This document shows, piece after piece, positions 27,093 through 37,247 of a stretch of DNA of 61,606 nucleotides (position 1 is the first letter of the stretch; each line of letters opens with the position of its first letter). Under the pieces are notes generated by a model, which did no database searches, was not told the origin of the DNA, and saw nothing but the letters and a program-made list of their open reading frames with translations. The position numbers and the translations under genes are program-made. This DNA is from a virus (taxonomy: Duplodnaviria > Caudoviricetes): the IMG/VR virus record IMGVR_UViG_3300030372_004181, positions 1-61,606 of that record; one strand, given 5' to 3'.

Positions 27093-29969
27093 ATGAGTGA
27101 AATAAGAGTTGATACTATATCAGAAAAAACCAGCGCCAATGGTGTAGCCGTTGACGGTGTAACATTAAAAGATGGGCAAGTTGATTTAGCGGATAGCAAA
27201 AAAATACTATTAGGTGATTCAGATGATTTAGAAATCTATCACGATGGTTCTAACTCTATTATATCAGATGCGGGAACTGGTAGTATTGAAATTCAATCCA
27301 ATGGAACTGGTGTTTTTTTACAAAAAAGTGCTTCTGAATATTTAGCAAGATTTTTAACAGATGGTGCTGTTGAACTGAGACATGATAATGCAGCTAAATT
27401 AACTACAACCTCAACAGGCATAGACGTAACAGGATCAATAGTAACTGATGCTGGTGGTACAATAGGTGCAACAGGCACAGCCACTACTGTTGCAGGTATT
27501 ACATTTTTTAGTGATACAACTAATAATTCTATTTATACTCACGATGTATCAGGTACAGATGATACAGCGGCTAATAATACTGCTTACGGACTAACGGCAC
27601 TTGATGCAATAACAACGGGAGATAACAACACAGCTTTGGGATATAGTGCTGGTGGTGGTTTAACTTCTGGCACATCTAACACATCTGTTGGTAATGAGGC
27701 CATGGGGGCTGGAACTGTTACTGGTTCTGAAAATGAAGCATTTGGTAGAAGAGCATTAAAAAATCTTACAAGTGGTGCTGGTAATGTTGCCGTGGGAACT
27801 GAAACATTATTAGACACTACTTCTGGTAGCCAAAACGTGGCCGTAGGTAAACAGGCTTTAGAAAATTGTAATAGTGGTGGCAACAACGTAGCTGTTGGTT
27901 ATCAAACTTTAAGAAACACCACGGGCACTGGTAACATAGCTATTGGTAAAGAAACTGCAAAATCTAATACTTCAGGTGTAAGAATAATAGCAATAGGTGC
28001 TGAAGCGTATGATGCTGCTGACACTGAAAACGATAACCTTGCAATAGGTGAAGGTGCATTGGGTGGATCGGTTGCTGGCGGAGAATACAACGTAGCCGTT
28101 GGAAATTATACTTTAGATGCTTTGACTTCTGGTGATTTTAATACTGCTATCGGTTACATTTCTGGTAGTGCAATAACCACAGGTAGTAATAACACAGGAA
28201 TAGGAAATCAATCATTAGAATATCTTACTACGGGTTCTGATAATACTGCTGGAGGTTCAGGTGGTTTAAATGCACTTACTGAGGGTTCAAGTAACACAGC
28301 ATTTGGTAGAGCTGCTTTAGGAGCTGTTACTACCGCTAGTAATAACACAGCACTTGGTAATCACGCTGGACTTGGAATTACTACTGGAGCAGATAATATT
28401 GCTATAGGTTATCAAGCTATTGATGCTGCTGATACTGAGGGTAATAACTTAGCAATTGGTAAAGCCGCACTAGGTGGTTCTGTAGCAGGTGGAGAATATA
28501 ATGTAGCCATTGGTAACTACGCACTCGATGCTTTGACTTCTGCTGACAATTGTACTGCTGTTGGTTACGGAGCCGGTACTGCAATTACTACTGGTGGTAG
28601 TAATACTTTAGTTGGATATAATGCTGGTGAGGCTATTGCAGATGGTGATGGAAATGTTTGCGTAGGAACTAATGCTGGTAAAGATATTACTTCGGGTGCT
28701 AATAATATAGCTGTTGGTCAAGACGCATTAGCTCAAACAACTACTACTGATGCAAATATAGCAATAGGAAGAAACGCATTACAAATTCCTGATACTGAAG
28801 CAAACAACTTGGCTATTGGTCATACAGCAATGTCAGGTTCAATAGCTGGTGGAGAATATAATGTTGCTGTCGGTAACTTTACTTTAGATGCTTTGACGTC
28901 TGCTGATAGTAATGTGGCTATTGGTTATGAAGCTGGAACAGCAATTACAACAGGTTCTTCAAATGTAATAATAGGTGCAGACGCTGCTGAAGCAATGACA
29001 GAAGGACACAGTTCTGTAATAATTGGTCAAAATGCTGGTGCGTCTTTAACCACAGGAAATAGTGTTGTATTTGTTGGACAAGCTGCTGGTGACGGACACG
29101 ATACTGAAACAAACAATGTAGGAGTTGGTCGAGCAGCTTTAGGTGGTGCAATAGCTGGTGGTGAATACAACGTAGCAGTAGGTAACTACACTTTAGATGC
29201 TTTGACTTCTGGTGATGGTAATACCGCTTTAGGATATAATGCTGGCTCAGACAATACAACTGGAGTACAAAATACATTTATTGGTTATGAAACTGGATTT
29301 AATGCAACAACTGGAGATGGTAATACTTTTGTTGGGGGTAGAGCTGGATATGATGCCAATATAACTGGAAATGAAAATACAGGAATTGGTAATTTTGCTT
29401 TATACAGGCTTACTTCTGGTGCATCTAATACTGTTGTAGGTTATGATGCCGCAACATTAATAACAAGTGGTGGTAATAATATATGTATTGGAATGGACGC
29501 TGGAGTAGCAGCTTCACCATCTGGTTCTATAACAACAGGTAGCAATACAATATGTTTAGGCAATAACAACATAAGTGATTTTTTCTGTGCTGATACTTCT
29601 ATTTCTTCTTCTGATAAAAGAGATAAGACTGATATTGAAAATTTTAACGTAGGTTTAGAATGGATTGAAAAATTACAACCTGTAACTTATAGATGGGATA
29701 GAAGAACTTGGTATGGAGATGAGAATAATGCTTTTGGAACTCCCGATGGTTCTAAAAAGAGAGACAGGTTACATTTAGGATTTTTAGCACAAGATGTTTT
29801 AGAGGTTGAAAAATCTTTTGGCTATGCTGAAAAAAGAGAGGATATGCTTACAGTTAATTTAACTGAAGATGGCAGTTCTTATGGAATGAAATACGAAAGA
29901 CTAGTAACAGTCTTGGTAAATGCGGTAAAAGAGCTTTCCGCAGAAGTTAAAGCTCTAAAAGGAGAATAA
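27093..29969 (+). CDS. Tail fibre/spike with beta-roll repeats and peptidase S74-type intramolecular chaperone
   Basis: Many ~14-aa N.A(V/I)G..AL repeats; SSDKRDKTDI...L.PV.Y.W...GFLAQDV...LVNAVKELS. Confidence 0.88.
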   Translation: MSEIRVDTISEKTSANGVAVDGVTLKDGQVDLADSKKILLGDSDDLEIYHDGSNSIISDAGTGSIEIQSNGTGVFLQKSASEYLARFLTDGAVELRHDNAAKLTTTSTGIDVTGSIVTDAGGTIGATGTATTVAGITFFSDTTNNSIYTHDVSGTDDTAANNTAYGLTALDAITTGDNNTALGYSAGGGLTSGTSNTSVGNEAMGAGTVTGSENEAFGRRALKNLTSGAGNVAVGTETLLDTTSGSQNVAVGKQALENCNSGGNNVAVGYQTLRNTTGTGNIAIGKETAKSNTSGVRIIAIGAEAYDAADTENDNLAIGEGALGGSVAGGEYNVAVGNYTLDALTSGDFNTAIGYISGSAITTGSNNTGIGNQSLEYLTTGSDNTAGGSGGLNALTEGSSNTAFGRAALGAVTTASNNTALGNHAGLGITTGADNIAIGYQAIDAADTEGNNLAIGKAALGGSVAGGEYNVAIGNYALDALTSADNCTAVGYGAGTAITTGGSNTLVGYNAGEAIADGDGNVCVGTNAGKDITSGANNIAVGQDALAQTTTTDANIAIGRNALQIPDTEANNLAIGHTAMSGSIAGGEYNVAVGNFTLDALTSADSNVAIGYEAGTAITTGSSNVIIGADAAEAMTEGHSSVIIGQNAGASLTTGNSVVFVGQAAGDGHDTETNNVGVGRAALGGAIAGGEYNVAVGNYTLDALTSGDGNTALGYNAGSDNTTGVQNTFIGYETGFNATTGDGNTFVGGRAGYDANITGNENTGIGNFALYRLTSGASNTVVGYDAATLITSGGNNICIGMDAGVAASPSGSITTGSNTICLGNNNISDFFCADTSISSSDKRDKTDIENFNVGLEWIEKLQPVTYRWDRRTWYGDENNAFGTPDGSKKRDRLHLGFLAQDVLEVEKSFGYAEKREDMLTVNLTEDGSSYGMKYERLVTVLVNAVKELSAEVKALKGE

Positions 29970-29970
29970 T

Positions 29971-30126
29971 ATGGTTAAAAAAAATGGAAGTGGTAAAGAC
30001 GTTTTTAAAGTTAGAGACATAACTGGTAAAATTATTGAAATTGACACAAGTAAAATGATGACAGATAAACCACCTGGCCGATCAAAAAAAAGAACAGTAC
30101 ATAAAAAAGGCGGAAGAGCAAAATAA
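29971..30126 (+). CDS. 51-aa basic protein (not in ORF track)
   Basis: AAAGGAG RBS; MVKKNGSG...VHKKGGRAK. Confidence 0.65.
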   Translation: MVKKNGSGKDVFKVRDITGKIIEIDTSKMMTDKPPGRSKKRTVHKKGGRAK

Positions 30127-30202
30127 ATAAAAACCGTAAAAGAGTTGTCGGTTAAAATAACAACTCTACAACAATAAATAAAAACCATAAAAGGAGAATA
30201 AT

Positions 30203-30505
30203 ATGGCAGTGACTAAAACATGGGTATCAGCTAAACCAAAAAAGAATGCTGATGGTAATGTAACAGAATGGTCCGTTGAGTATAAATATACTGATGGTGA
30301 CTTTTCTCATACATTCAGTAAATCTGAAAAGATAGACACACCATCAAAAGCACCGGGTAGCTATACTAAAACTGAGATACTAGCACTTATGGACGAGGCT
30401 CATTGGGATGATATGTTTGCAAAAAAACATAACGTATACAAGAACCCACCGGCAGTAGACACTATTGACAATTCGTTCGATGTAAGTACATTAAGCGATA
30501 GTTAA
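30203..30505 (+). CDS. Hypothetical, possible tail fibre assembly protein
   Basis: AAAGGAG RBS; follows the fibre genes. Confidence 0.75.
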   Translation: MAVTKTWVSAKPKKNADGNVTEWSVEYKYTDGDFSHTFSKSEKIDTPSKAPGSYTKTEILALMDEAHWDDMFAKKHNVYKNPPAVDTIDNSFDVSTLSDS

Positions 30506-30528
30506 TATAACTTACGAAAGGTATAGAA

Positions 30529-30705
30529 ATGGACGAAAAAACTCAAAATTATGTGAACGGTCTTATAAGTATGCTGACTAAGCAAAGAAACCAAGCACTT
30601 GATGTTAATGCAAAACTTCAAGCTGAATTGGATGTGCTTAGAGCGGAGACTGCTGCACAAAATAAAGAAACTGAGGAAAAGTCAGAAGATCCAGAGGCTG
30701 AGTAA
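30529..30705 (+). CDS. 58-aa coiled-coil protein (not in ORF track)
   Basis: GAAAGG RBS; MDEKTQNY...EDPEAE; stop overlaps next start. Confidence 0.7.
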   Translation: MDEKTQNYVNGLISMLTKQRNQALDVNAKLQAELDVLRAETAAQNKETEEKSEDPEAE

Positions 30706-30941
30706 TGGCTACTGAACATTGGTCACCGGTATACGTTCTTTCGGCTATATCAACCGACCTTGTTCAAAAAATAGAAACTTCTACTTTTGGTGAAAACGCT
30801 TTTGGTGTAGTATCATTTGCAGGTAGCGTTGACACTTCAGTCGAATTATGGACAGAGATCAGCGCATCAGGGACAGGAGAAACATGGTCAACGGTCAACG
30901 CAGGTGGCACGGGTGAATCATGGACATCTATTAGTCCGTAA
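30705..30941 (+). CDS. Small tail-region protein
   Basis: W-T/S repeats; TAATG coupling. Confidence 0.7.
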   Translation: MATEHWSPVYVLSAISTDLVQKIETSTFGENAFGVVSFAGSVDTSVELWTEISASGTGETWSTVNAGGTGESWTSISP

Positions 30942-30950
30942 GGAGATATT

Positions 30951-31373
30951 ATGGCAATAACACAAGCACTATGTAATTCATTCAAACAAGAACTTCTACA
31001 AGGTCTACATGATCTTGATGGTCATACATTGAAGATGGCATTATTTACATCAAGTGCTACACTTGATGCAACGACTACGGCCTATTCTACAACAAACGAG
31101 TCAAGCGGCACAGGGTACACGGCTGGCGGTGCAACACTTGCAAACGTTGCTGTATCATTATCAGGCACTACGGCTTTTGTTGATTTTGATAATGTATCTT
31201 TTACAAGTGCAACAATTAGTGATGCTGCAGGAGCTTTGATATACAATTCATCTGCTAGTGATAGAGCTATAGCAGTCATAGATTTTGGTGCTACAAAATC
31301 AGTATCTAGTGGCACATTAACAATAACATTACCAACAGCGTCAGCGACAACAGCATTAATAAGGGTGAGCTAA
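30951..31373 (+). CDS. Tail structural protein
   Basis: MAITQALCNSFKQELL...GYTAGG...GALIYN motif; AAGGAG RBS. Confidence 0.75.
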   Translation: MAITQALCNSFKQELLQGLHDLDGHTLKMALFTSSATLDATTTAYSTTNESSGTGYTAGGATLANVAVSLSGTTAFVDFDNVSFTSATISDAAGALIYNSSASDRAIAVIDFGATKSVSSGTLTITLPTASATTALIRVS

Positions 31374-32878
31374 TGCCTTTATCAAAAATACAATTACAAC
31401 CTGGAATTTTTACAGATGACACTGTTTATTCGCAAGAAGGTAAATATATTGATTCTGATAAAGTTCGTTTTATGAAAGGCCGACCTGAAAAAATAGGTGG
31501 TTGGGCAAAACTAGACACAGACAATATTGCAAGTGGAGTGGTTCGAGCATTACTTCCATATCGCGCCAACAACTCAAAACGTTATATTGGTATTGGTACT
31601 CACAGTCATTTATATTTGTATGATGATGGTGCAGGTAGTTATATAGATATTACACCAGCTTCAAATTACACAGCCGGCGCACAACACACAACGATTAGTT
31701 CAGGTACGTATACTTATAATACTATGTGGACATTAGATATGTTTGGTGAAGATTTAATTGGTGTCAACGGTATTGGTGGGCGACTTGTAAGATTAGATAC
31801 AAGTGCTTTTCAATCAAATGCAGCGACTAATGCTGTAACAGAAACAACCACAGGAGTTCCGGCTTCTGCAAATGGTGTGATTGTAAACTCTGCATCGAGA
31901 CAAGTTGTGTTGTACGGAGCTCATGATGGCACAGCAGCAAACCCTATGAATGTAGCTTTTTCTGATCTTGCAGATATTTCAGATTTTGTTGCGGCTACTT
32001 CTAATTTTGCAGGCGCACAAGTATTGACAGGAGGTAACTTATTACTTGGAGCTATACGTACACGAGGTACAATATTAATATTTTCTGATACATCGGTATT
32101 TACCATGACCTTTGTCGGTCAACCTGATGTATTTGCATTTCAACAAGTTGCAGAAAACGCTGGCATTGTTGGACCACAAGCAGCAGCCGAGTTTAATGGC
32201 ACTGTATTTTGGATGGGTAACGATGGCTTTTATCAGTTTTCTGGTGGAGTACAACAAATACCATGTTCCGTTGAACGTCATGTGTTTGATAACTTAAGTA
32301 AACAACAAAAGATGAAATGTTTTGCAGGTATAAACCCTAAGTTTAATGAAGTATGGTGGTTTTATCCTATAACAAATGATATAGCGTCCGATGATATTAC
32401 TAAGTATGTAATTTATAACTACAAAGAACGAGTGTGGTCTATCGGTTCATTAGTTAGAGGTGCTTGGGCACCTGAAGGTATTTACGATAACCCAATTGCA
32501 AGTTCAGTTTCTGCAACATCGTCATACATCTACAAACACGAGTTTGGCACTGATGATGAATCGTCGGCCATGTCTTGTAGTTTAACATCCGGTGATATTG
32601 ATTTACCGCAAGATGGTGATGATATTATGTTTATTGATAAAATTGTACCTGACTTTGATGATCAAGTTGGTTCAGTCAGTATGAATTTAAAATTTAGATT
32701 GTACCCGAACGCTTCTCAATTAACAGAGGCAACTGAAACACTTGCAACATCAACTGAGTTTGCAAGTATAAGAGCACGCGGACGACAGATGTCTATGATT
32801 CTATCAAGTAATGCAACCAGTTCACATTGGAGACTTGGTGACATTCGTTTGAATATTCAACCTGACGGTAAACGATAA
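31373..32878 (+). CDS. Putative tail nozzle / P22 gp10-like stabilisation protein
   Basis: ~500 aa beta-propeller-like; D.DKVRF..G.PEKIGGW N-terminus and PDGKR C-terminus. Confidence 0.7.
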   Translation: MPLSKIQLQPGIFTDDTVYSQEGKYIDSDKVRFMKGRPEKIGGWAKLDTDNIASGVVRALLPYRANNSKRYIGIGTHSHLYLYDDGAGSYIDITPASNYTAGAQHTTISSGTYTYNTMWTLDMFGEDLIGVNGIGGRLVRLDTSAFQSNAATNAVTETTTGVPASANGVIVNSASRQVVLYGAHDGTAANPMNVAFSDLADISDFVAATSNFAGAQVLTGGNLLLGAIRTRGTILIFSDTSVFTMTFVGQPDVFAFQQVAENAGIVGPQAAAEFNGTVFWMGNDGFYQFSGGVQQIPCSVERHVFDNLSKQQKMKCFAGINPKFNEVWWFYPITNDIASDDITKYVIYNYKERVWSIGSLVRGAWAPEGIYDNPIASSVSATSSYIYKHEFGTDDESSAMSCSLTSGDIDLPQDGDDIMFIDKIVPDFDDQVGSVSMNLKFRLYPNASQLTEATETLATSTEFASIRARGRQMSMILSSNATSSHWRLGDIRLNIQPDGKR

Positions 32879-33576
32879 TGTCAGGATCACGATTTAGATC
32901 GTTACCACGATTTTCAGCGCTCGACGGACAACCGACAACGGACGCTTTAGGTGAACATATAAATCTTCTTACAAGTGTAATTGAGCAAAACATTCTTGAA
33001 ATAGACCGTGCTGTAGCAACGGAAGACTTAGACCTTGACACTGGTTTTGAAGCACCGGCAATCGGTACAGCGACAGTGAACAACGCACAAGTTGGCTCGT
33101 CAGCTGATATAGCTATAACAAAATTAGACCTTGCTGGAGCTACAACTCAAGGTGATGCAATCAATAATGATGACGTATTTTTTATGTTGGATTTAAATTT
33201 AGGTACAGATACATACGCTAACAGTGATAATAAGAAGGTTAGGGCCTCAAGAATTAAAACTTATGTGTCAGATTTAACGTTGACCACAGCCGCGCAGACT
33301 GCTATAACTAGTGTAGGAACCTTGACAGGTTTAACTGTCACAGCTTCTGGTACTGCTGCAAAACTACAATATACAGGGTCTAGCGGCAACCCCTGCGTAA
33401 CATTGGATCAAGATGATGCCGATGCTCCATTTATAGACTTTGACGGAACTGCTGGTGCAGCAAACACAAATAGTGTTGTGACTACAACAGGTAATGTTTC
33501 AGGAGGTATAAATAGATTTATAAAAGTTAAACAAGGTGGCACTACGTATTACATGCCACTCTATGCAGCGAGTTAA
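32878..33576 (+). CDS. Putative tail needle / short fibre protein
   Basis: N-terminal helix, ITSVGTLTGLTV fibre motif. Confidence 0.6.
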   Translation: MSGSRFRSLPRFSALDGQPTTDALGEHINLLTSVIEQNILEIDRAVATEDLDLDTGFEAPAIGTATVNNAQVGSSADIAITKLDLAGATTQGDAINNDDVFFMLDLNLGTDTYANSDNKKVRASRIKTYVSDLTLTTAAQTAITSVGTLTGLTVTASGTAAKLQYTGSSGNPCVTLDQDDADAPFIDFDGTAGAANTNSVVTTTGNVSGGINRFIKVKQGGTTYYMPLYAAS

Positions 33577-33581
33577 TATTT

Positions 33582-34712
33582 ATGGGTATTGGAAGCAAAA
33601 TAAAAAAGAAACTTAAGAAAATTATACCAAAAGAGGTAGGTGTTGTTGGAAAAGTAATAGCACCTTTTAATCCAATTTTGGGAGCAGGTTTATCAGCTCT
33701 TGGCGGTTATCGTTCAGGAGGATTTAAAGGAGCTTTAACAGGAGGACTCGGTGCTTATGCCTTGGGACAAGGAGCACGTTTTTTAGGAGGAGCAGGATTT
33801 CAAGGAGCTCCAAAATTTTTAGGTGGTTCAGGAACGGGTGGACTTGGTTTAAGTTCACCACTTGGAACAGACACGGGAATAGGTAAATTATTAGAAAGTT
33901 TTAAACAACCAGCAACTTCTCCTGATTCGTCTTTAACAAAAAGTCGTTTCTTTGATGGCAAAGCTCCCGATGCTGTTAGTGGAGTAACGAAAGCAACAAA
34001 AACAGCTGCTGAAAAAAAAGGATTGTTGGCTAGAGCTAAAGCAATATTTGATGGCATGACAGTGAGTCAAAAAATAGCTCTCGGAGTAGGTAGTGCAGCA
34101 GCCTTAGCTGCTTTGTTGGAGGGCGGAGGCGAAGGCGGTATTAGTAATCTTCAGGTAGGTAATCAATTAGGTTATATGGATCCTAATATAAGGGGAACCA
34201 GTGATATGTTTGTCAATGTAAATCCTAAATTTAAAAACACAATGTACGATAGTAATAAAGTATTCACTACAGTTCCAAATGCAAAAGACGGAGGACGAAT
34301 AGGCTTTAAAGATGGGATGTTCGTGGGACTACAAGGAAATGTAAAAATTTCTCCTGGTATTAGAGAAGCGATAAACAGCACATATTATGGTAAATCAAGA
34401 GATTTTATGCTTAAAGAAATATTTCCTAAATTAAATCTTGATCCAACAGCAGGAAGATTTATTGCAGGAAGTGCAGACGGTGGTATTATTGGTCTAGCAA
34501 ATGGAGGCGAACCAGCAATGGAAATGGATTATAGAGGCGGTGGTTTTATACCTGTAGGCTCCAAAGAAAGAGCGGATGATGTACCAGCAAGATTATCAAA
34601 AAATGAATTTGTAATGACAGCGGACGCTGTTCGTGCAGCCGGTGGAGGAAGTGTAGACGTTGGCGCACAAAGAATGTATGATCTAATGAACAATTTGGAG
34701 GCACAAGCATAA
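33582..34712 (+). CDS. Putative internal virion (ejection) protein
   Basis: Gly-rich hydrophobic N-terminus, several xDGG/xNGG motifs, C-terminal ADDVPARLSKNEFVMTADAV domain. Confidence 0.7.
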   Translation: MGIGSKIKKKLKKIIPKEVGVVGKVIAPFNPILGAGLSALGGYRSGGFKGALTGGLGAYALGQGARFLGGAGFQGAPKFLGGSGTGGLGLSSPLGTDTGIGKLLESFKQPATSPDSSLTKSRFFDGKAPDAVSGVTKATKTAAEKKGLLARAKAIFDGMTVSQKIALGVGSAAALAALLEGGGEGGISNLQVGNQLGYMDPNIRGTSDMFVNVNPKFKNTMYDSNKVFTTVPNAKDGGRIGFKDGMFVGLQGNVKISPGIREAINSTYYGKSRDFMLKEIFPKLNLDPTAGRFIAGSADGGIIGLANGGEPAMEMDYRGGGFIPVGSKERADDVPARLSKNEFVMTADAVRAAGGGSVDVGAQRMYDLMNNLEAQA

Positions 34713-35485
34713 TGGCTACGATGGAAGAATTAACACAGCAGGATTACGCAAAATATATAATGCCGGGCTATCGAGAAATGATAGATCCAAGAAATGTGCC
34801 CACTGGACAACAACTTGCTCCAGGACTAACTCAGTTACAACAAGATGCAACAGCATTAGCTAAAGCTGGCATAGGTTCATATCAACCATTTTTAACAGCA
34901 GGTACTCAAGCTTTGCAAGCAGGACAAGCAGCTTTGGGACCTGGTGGCGCTCAAGCTTACATGAATCCGTTTATCTCTCAAGTTAGAGATACTACAATGA
35001 AAGATCTAAACAGAATGTTTGGACAACAAACAGCAGCTCAACAACAACGGGCAATTAAATCAGGAGCATTTGCAGGATCAGGCACTCGTGATGCAATTAT
35101 GTCTGCTGAATTAGCAAGAGGTCAAGCAGATACCGCAGCTAAAACATTGGGTAGTTTAAATATGCAAGGATTTCAAGCTGCGCAACAAGCAGCTCTTAAA
35201 GGTGGACTTGGTCAGTTACAAGCAGGTCAAATGTTTGGTAGATTGGGACAACAAGCACAACAAGGTATGGGAAGAGACATTAGCACATTATACGGTTTAG
35301 GAGAAAATCAAAGACAAATTATAGGCGCTCAAAATTTAGCAACTTATAAAACTCCTTTCTTTGGATTGGGTCAGTATGCTAGTGCTTTAAGAGGAGCTCC
35401 AACATCGGCTCAACAGTTTCAAGCACCTAATCCCATTTTAACAGGTATTCAAGCTGGAATAGGGGCACTATCAGCGTTTCAGTGA
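34712..35485 (+). CDS. Putative internal virion (ejection) protein
   Basis: Q/A/G-rich helical protein with YMNPF motif. Confidence 0.7.
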   Translation: MATMEELTQQDYAKYIMPGYREMIDPRNVPTGQQLAPGLTQLQQDATALAKAGIGSYQPFLTAGTQALQAGQAALGPGGAQAYMNPFISQVRDTTMKDLNRMFGQQTAAQQQRAIKSGAFAGSGTRDAIMSAELARGQADTAAKTLGSLNMQGFQAAQQAALKGGLGQLQAGQMFGRLGQQAQQGMGRDISTLYGLGENQRQIIGAQNLATYKTPFFGLGQYASALRGAPTSAQQFQAPNPILTGIQAGIGALSAFQ

Positions 35486-35486
35486 T

Positions 35487-37241
35487 ATGGATAAAACTTT
35501 AAACAGAAAATTATTTAAAAAAATTAAACACAATCATCGTAGTTCTGGTATAGCTAGTGGATTGGCCTACAGACCAGGGTACAAGGTTGGCGGACGAGTC
35601 GGTTATTCTAACGGCAACAGAGTCAATCCGAAACTATCTTTACCTGAAACTGAAGGAGTACCTGATTATATTACGGGAGCAGTTGATTATAGATTAGATA
35701 GAAACAGAGTTAGAAGACCGATGCCTAATTTTGACATAGCTCTAGGTAAAAATAAAGTTCCATTTTATGAAACGGGTTTAGGCAAAACTGTCGATTTTTT
35801 TACTCCAGATTATTTAATAGGTGATGAACTAATTCCTAAAAAAAGAAAAAAATTTGAAAAAGAGCTAGAAGCCGCTAAATCTTATGATGAAGATACTATA
35901 ATTAAATTAGCTAAAAAAACTCCTGTAAAAGATAAACTAATAACAAATAAAATTAATGACGAAGAAAAAGACAAAGCTTTAGGTAAATTTGATTCTGTAA
36001 AACCAATAAAAGAAACTACAAAACCTAATATTGATGCCAAAGCAAAATCACAAACTAGTAAGATGTATGAGGATCTTATGGTAAAACAAAAAAATCTTTT
36101 GTCAAACAGAGAATCTTTAGATAATGAACTTCAAACTTTGAGAGAAAAACAAAGAAAAGACAACAGATTAAACATAGCTTTAAAAACAGTTCAAGCTATG
36201 AATGATCCTAATTTAAGAGTTGGTCAGTCTAGAGTTGCAGCTGGTGTAGACGCCTTTACTGACGAAGTTATAGCTACTAATAAATTAAAAGCTGAACAAG
36301 AGACAGCTGATATGTTGACTAAATATAACAGGCTAGAAGACGACATAACTCGTAGCAAAAATATGGAAGATTATTTTTTAAAACAAGATTACACAAGAAA
36401 GTACGGATCTTCAGGTGAAAGAATGGAACAATTATCTTTTTTATTAGCGGCTAACGGAGCAGAACCTGGAACAGATCTTCATAAACAATTAACAAATGCA
36501 TTCTTTATTGGAGTTCAAAAACCAAAAGATTTAAGCGCAGTAAGTGAAAAAATATCTAATAAAATTATAGAGATAAATGACCCTAGTAGTTTTAGTGAGT
36601 ATACTCCTAATCAATACAGAATTCAGATAGCAGGAACGGAGCCTTTATATTTAGATGCTGAAGGTCAACTTACAACAGAAGTAACAGAGACAGAGGCTCC
36701 TTTGACTATGGCAAGAGAAGGAAGGATTGTTATTGAACGTATGAAAGGCGGTTATCAATATGCTAAGGGCGGACGAGTTGGTTTTAAAACAGGAGGACGT
36801 GTTGGGTATAAAGAAGGTGAACTAGTTACAGAAGAACAAAAAGAAGAATTAATTCAACCTATTTCTAAAAAAGCGCCTATGGTTATGACCAAAGATCAAT
36901 TAAGAAAAAAACTTCCAGAATTTATAGACGATGAAATAGTTAGTTTAATAGCGTATAGTCCCGATGCTTTTGCAGATTTTGCATCAATTCAAACACGAGG
37001 AGACGCAGATGATTTTAATGATAAATATGATGTTAGATTACAGTTACCTGAAATAAACCAAATGGATTTTAGTAGAGTAGAAGAAAAAATGTCTGCACCT
37101 GCTATGCCGATAACCGCTCCTACTGCGGTTCCAGCTCAACCAAACACAGCAACTCAGACGGGGGCGGGAGCAAATTTAACTCCAACAGAAGTTGCTTTAC
37201 TGGATCCAACGGAACAAGCCATTAGAATGAGAAACAGTTAA
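35487..37241 (+). CDS. Putative internal virion protein
   Basis: Helical; repeated YxxGGRVG motifs. Confidence 0.7.
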   Translation: MDKTLNRKLFKKIKHNHRSSGIASGLAYRPGYKVGGRVGYSNGNRVNPKLSLPETEGVPDYITGAVDYRLDRNRVRRPMPNFDIALGKNKVPFYETGLGKTVDFFTPDYLIGDELIPKKRKKFEKELEAAKSYDEDTIIKLAKKTPVKDKLITNKINDEEKDKALGKFDSVKPIKETTKPNIDAKAKSQTSKMYEDLMVKQKNLLSNRESLDNELQTLREKQRKDNRLNIALKTVQAMNDPNLRVGQSRVAAGVDAFTDEVIATNKLKAEQETADMLTKYNRLEDDITRSKNMEDYFLKQDYTRKYGSSGERMEQLSFLLAANGAEPGTDLHKQLTNAFFIGVQKPKDLSAVSEKISNKIIEINDPSSFSEYTPNQYRIQIAGTEPLYLDAEGQLTTEVTETEAPLTMAREGRIVIERMKGGYQYAKGGRVGFKTGGRVGYKEGELVTEEQKEELIQPISKKAPMVMTKDQLRKKLPEFIDDEIVSLIAYSPDAFADFASIQTRGDADDFNDKYDVRLQLPEINQMDFSRVEEKMSAPAMPITAPTAVPAQPNTATQTGAGANLTPTEVALLDPTEQAIRMRNS

Positions 37242-37247
37242 TGACTC

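Noticed and set aside
19865-29277. Numerous minus-strand ORFs across the tail fibres and other long genes
   Set aside because: Antisense shadows of codon-biased genes, without RBS or recognisable domains.
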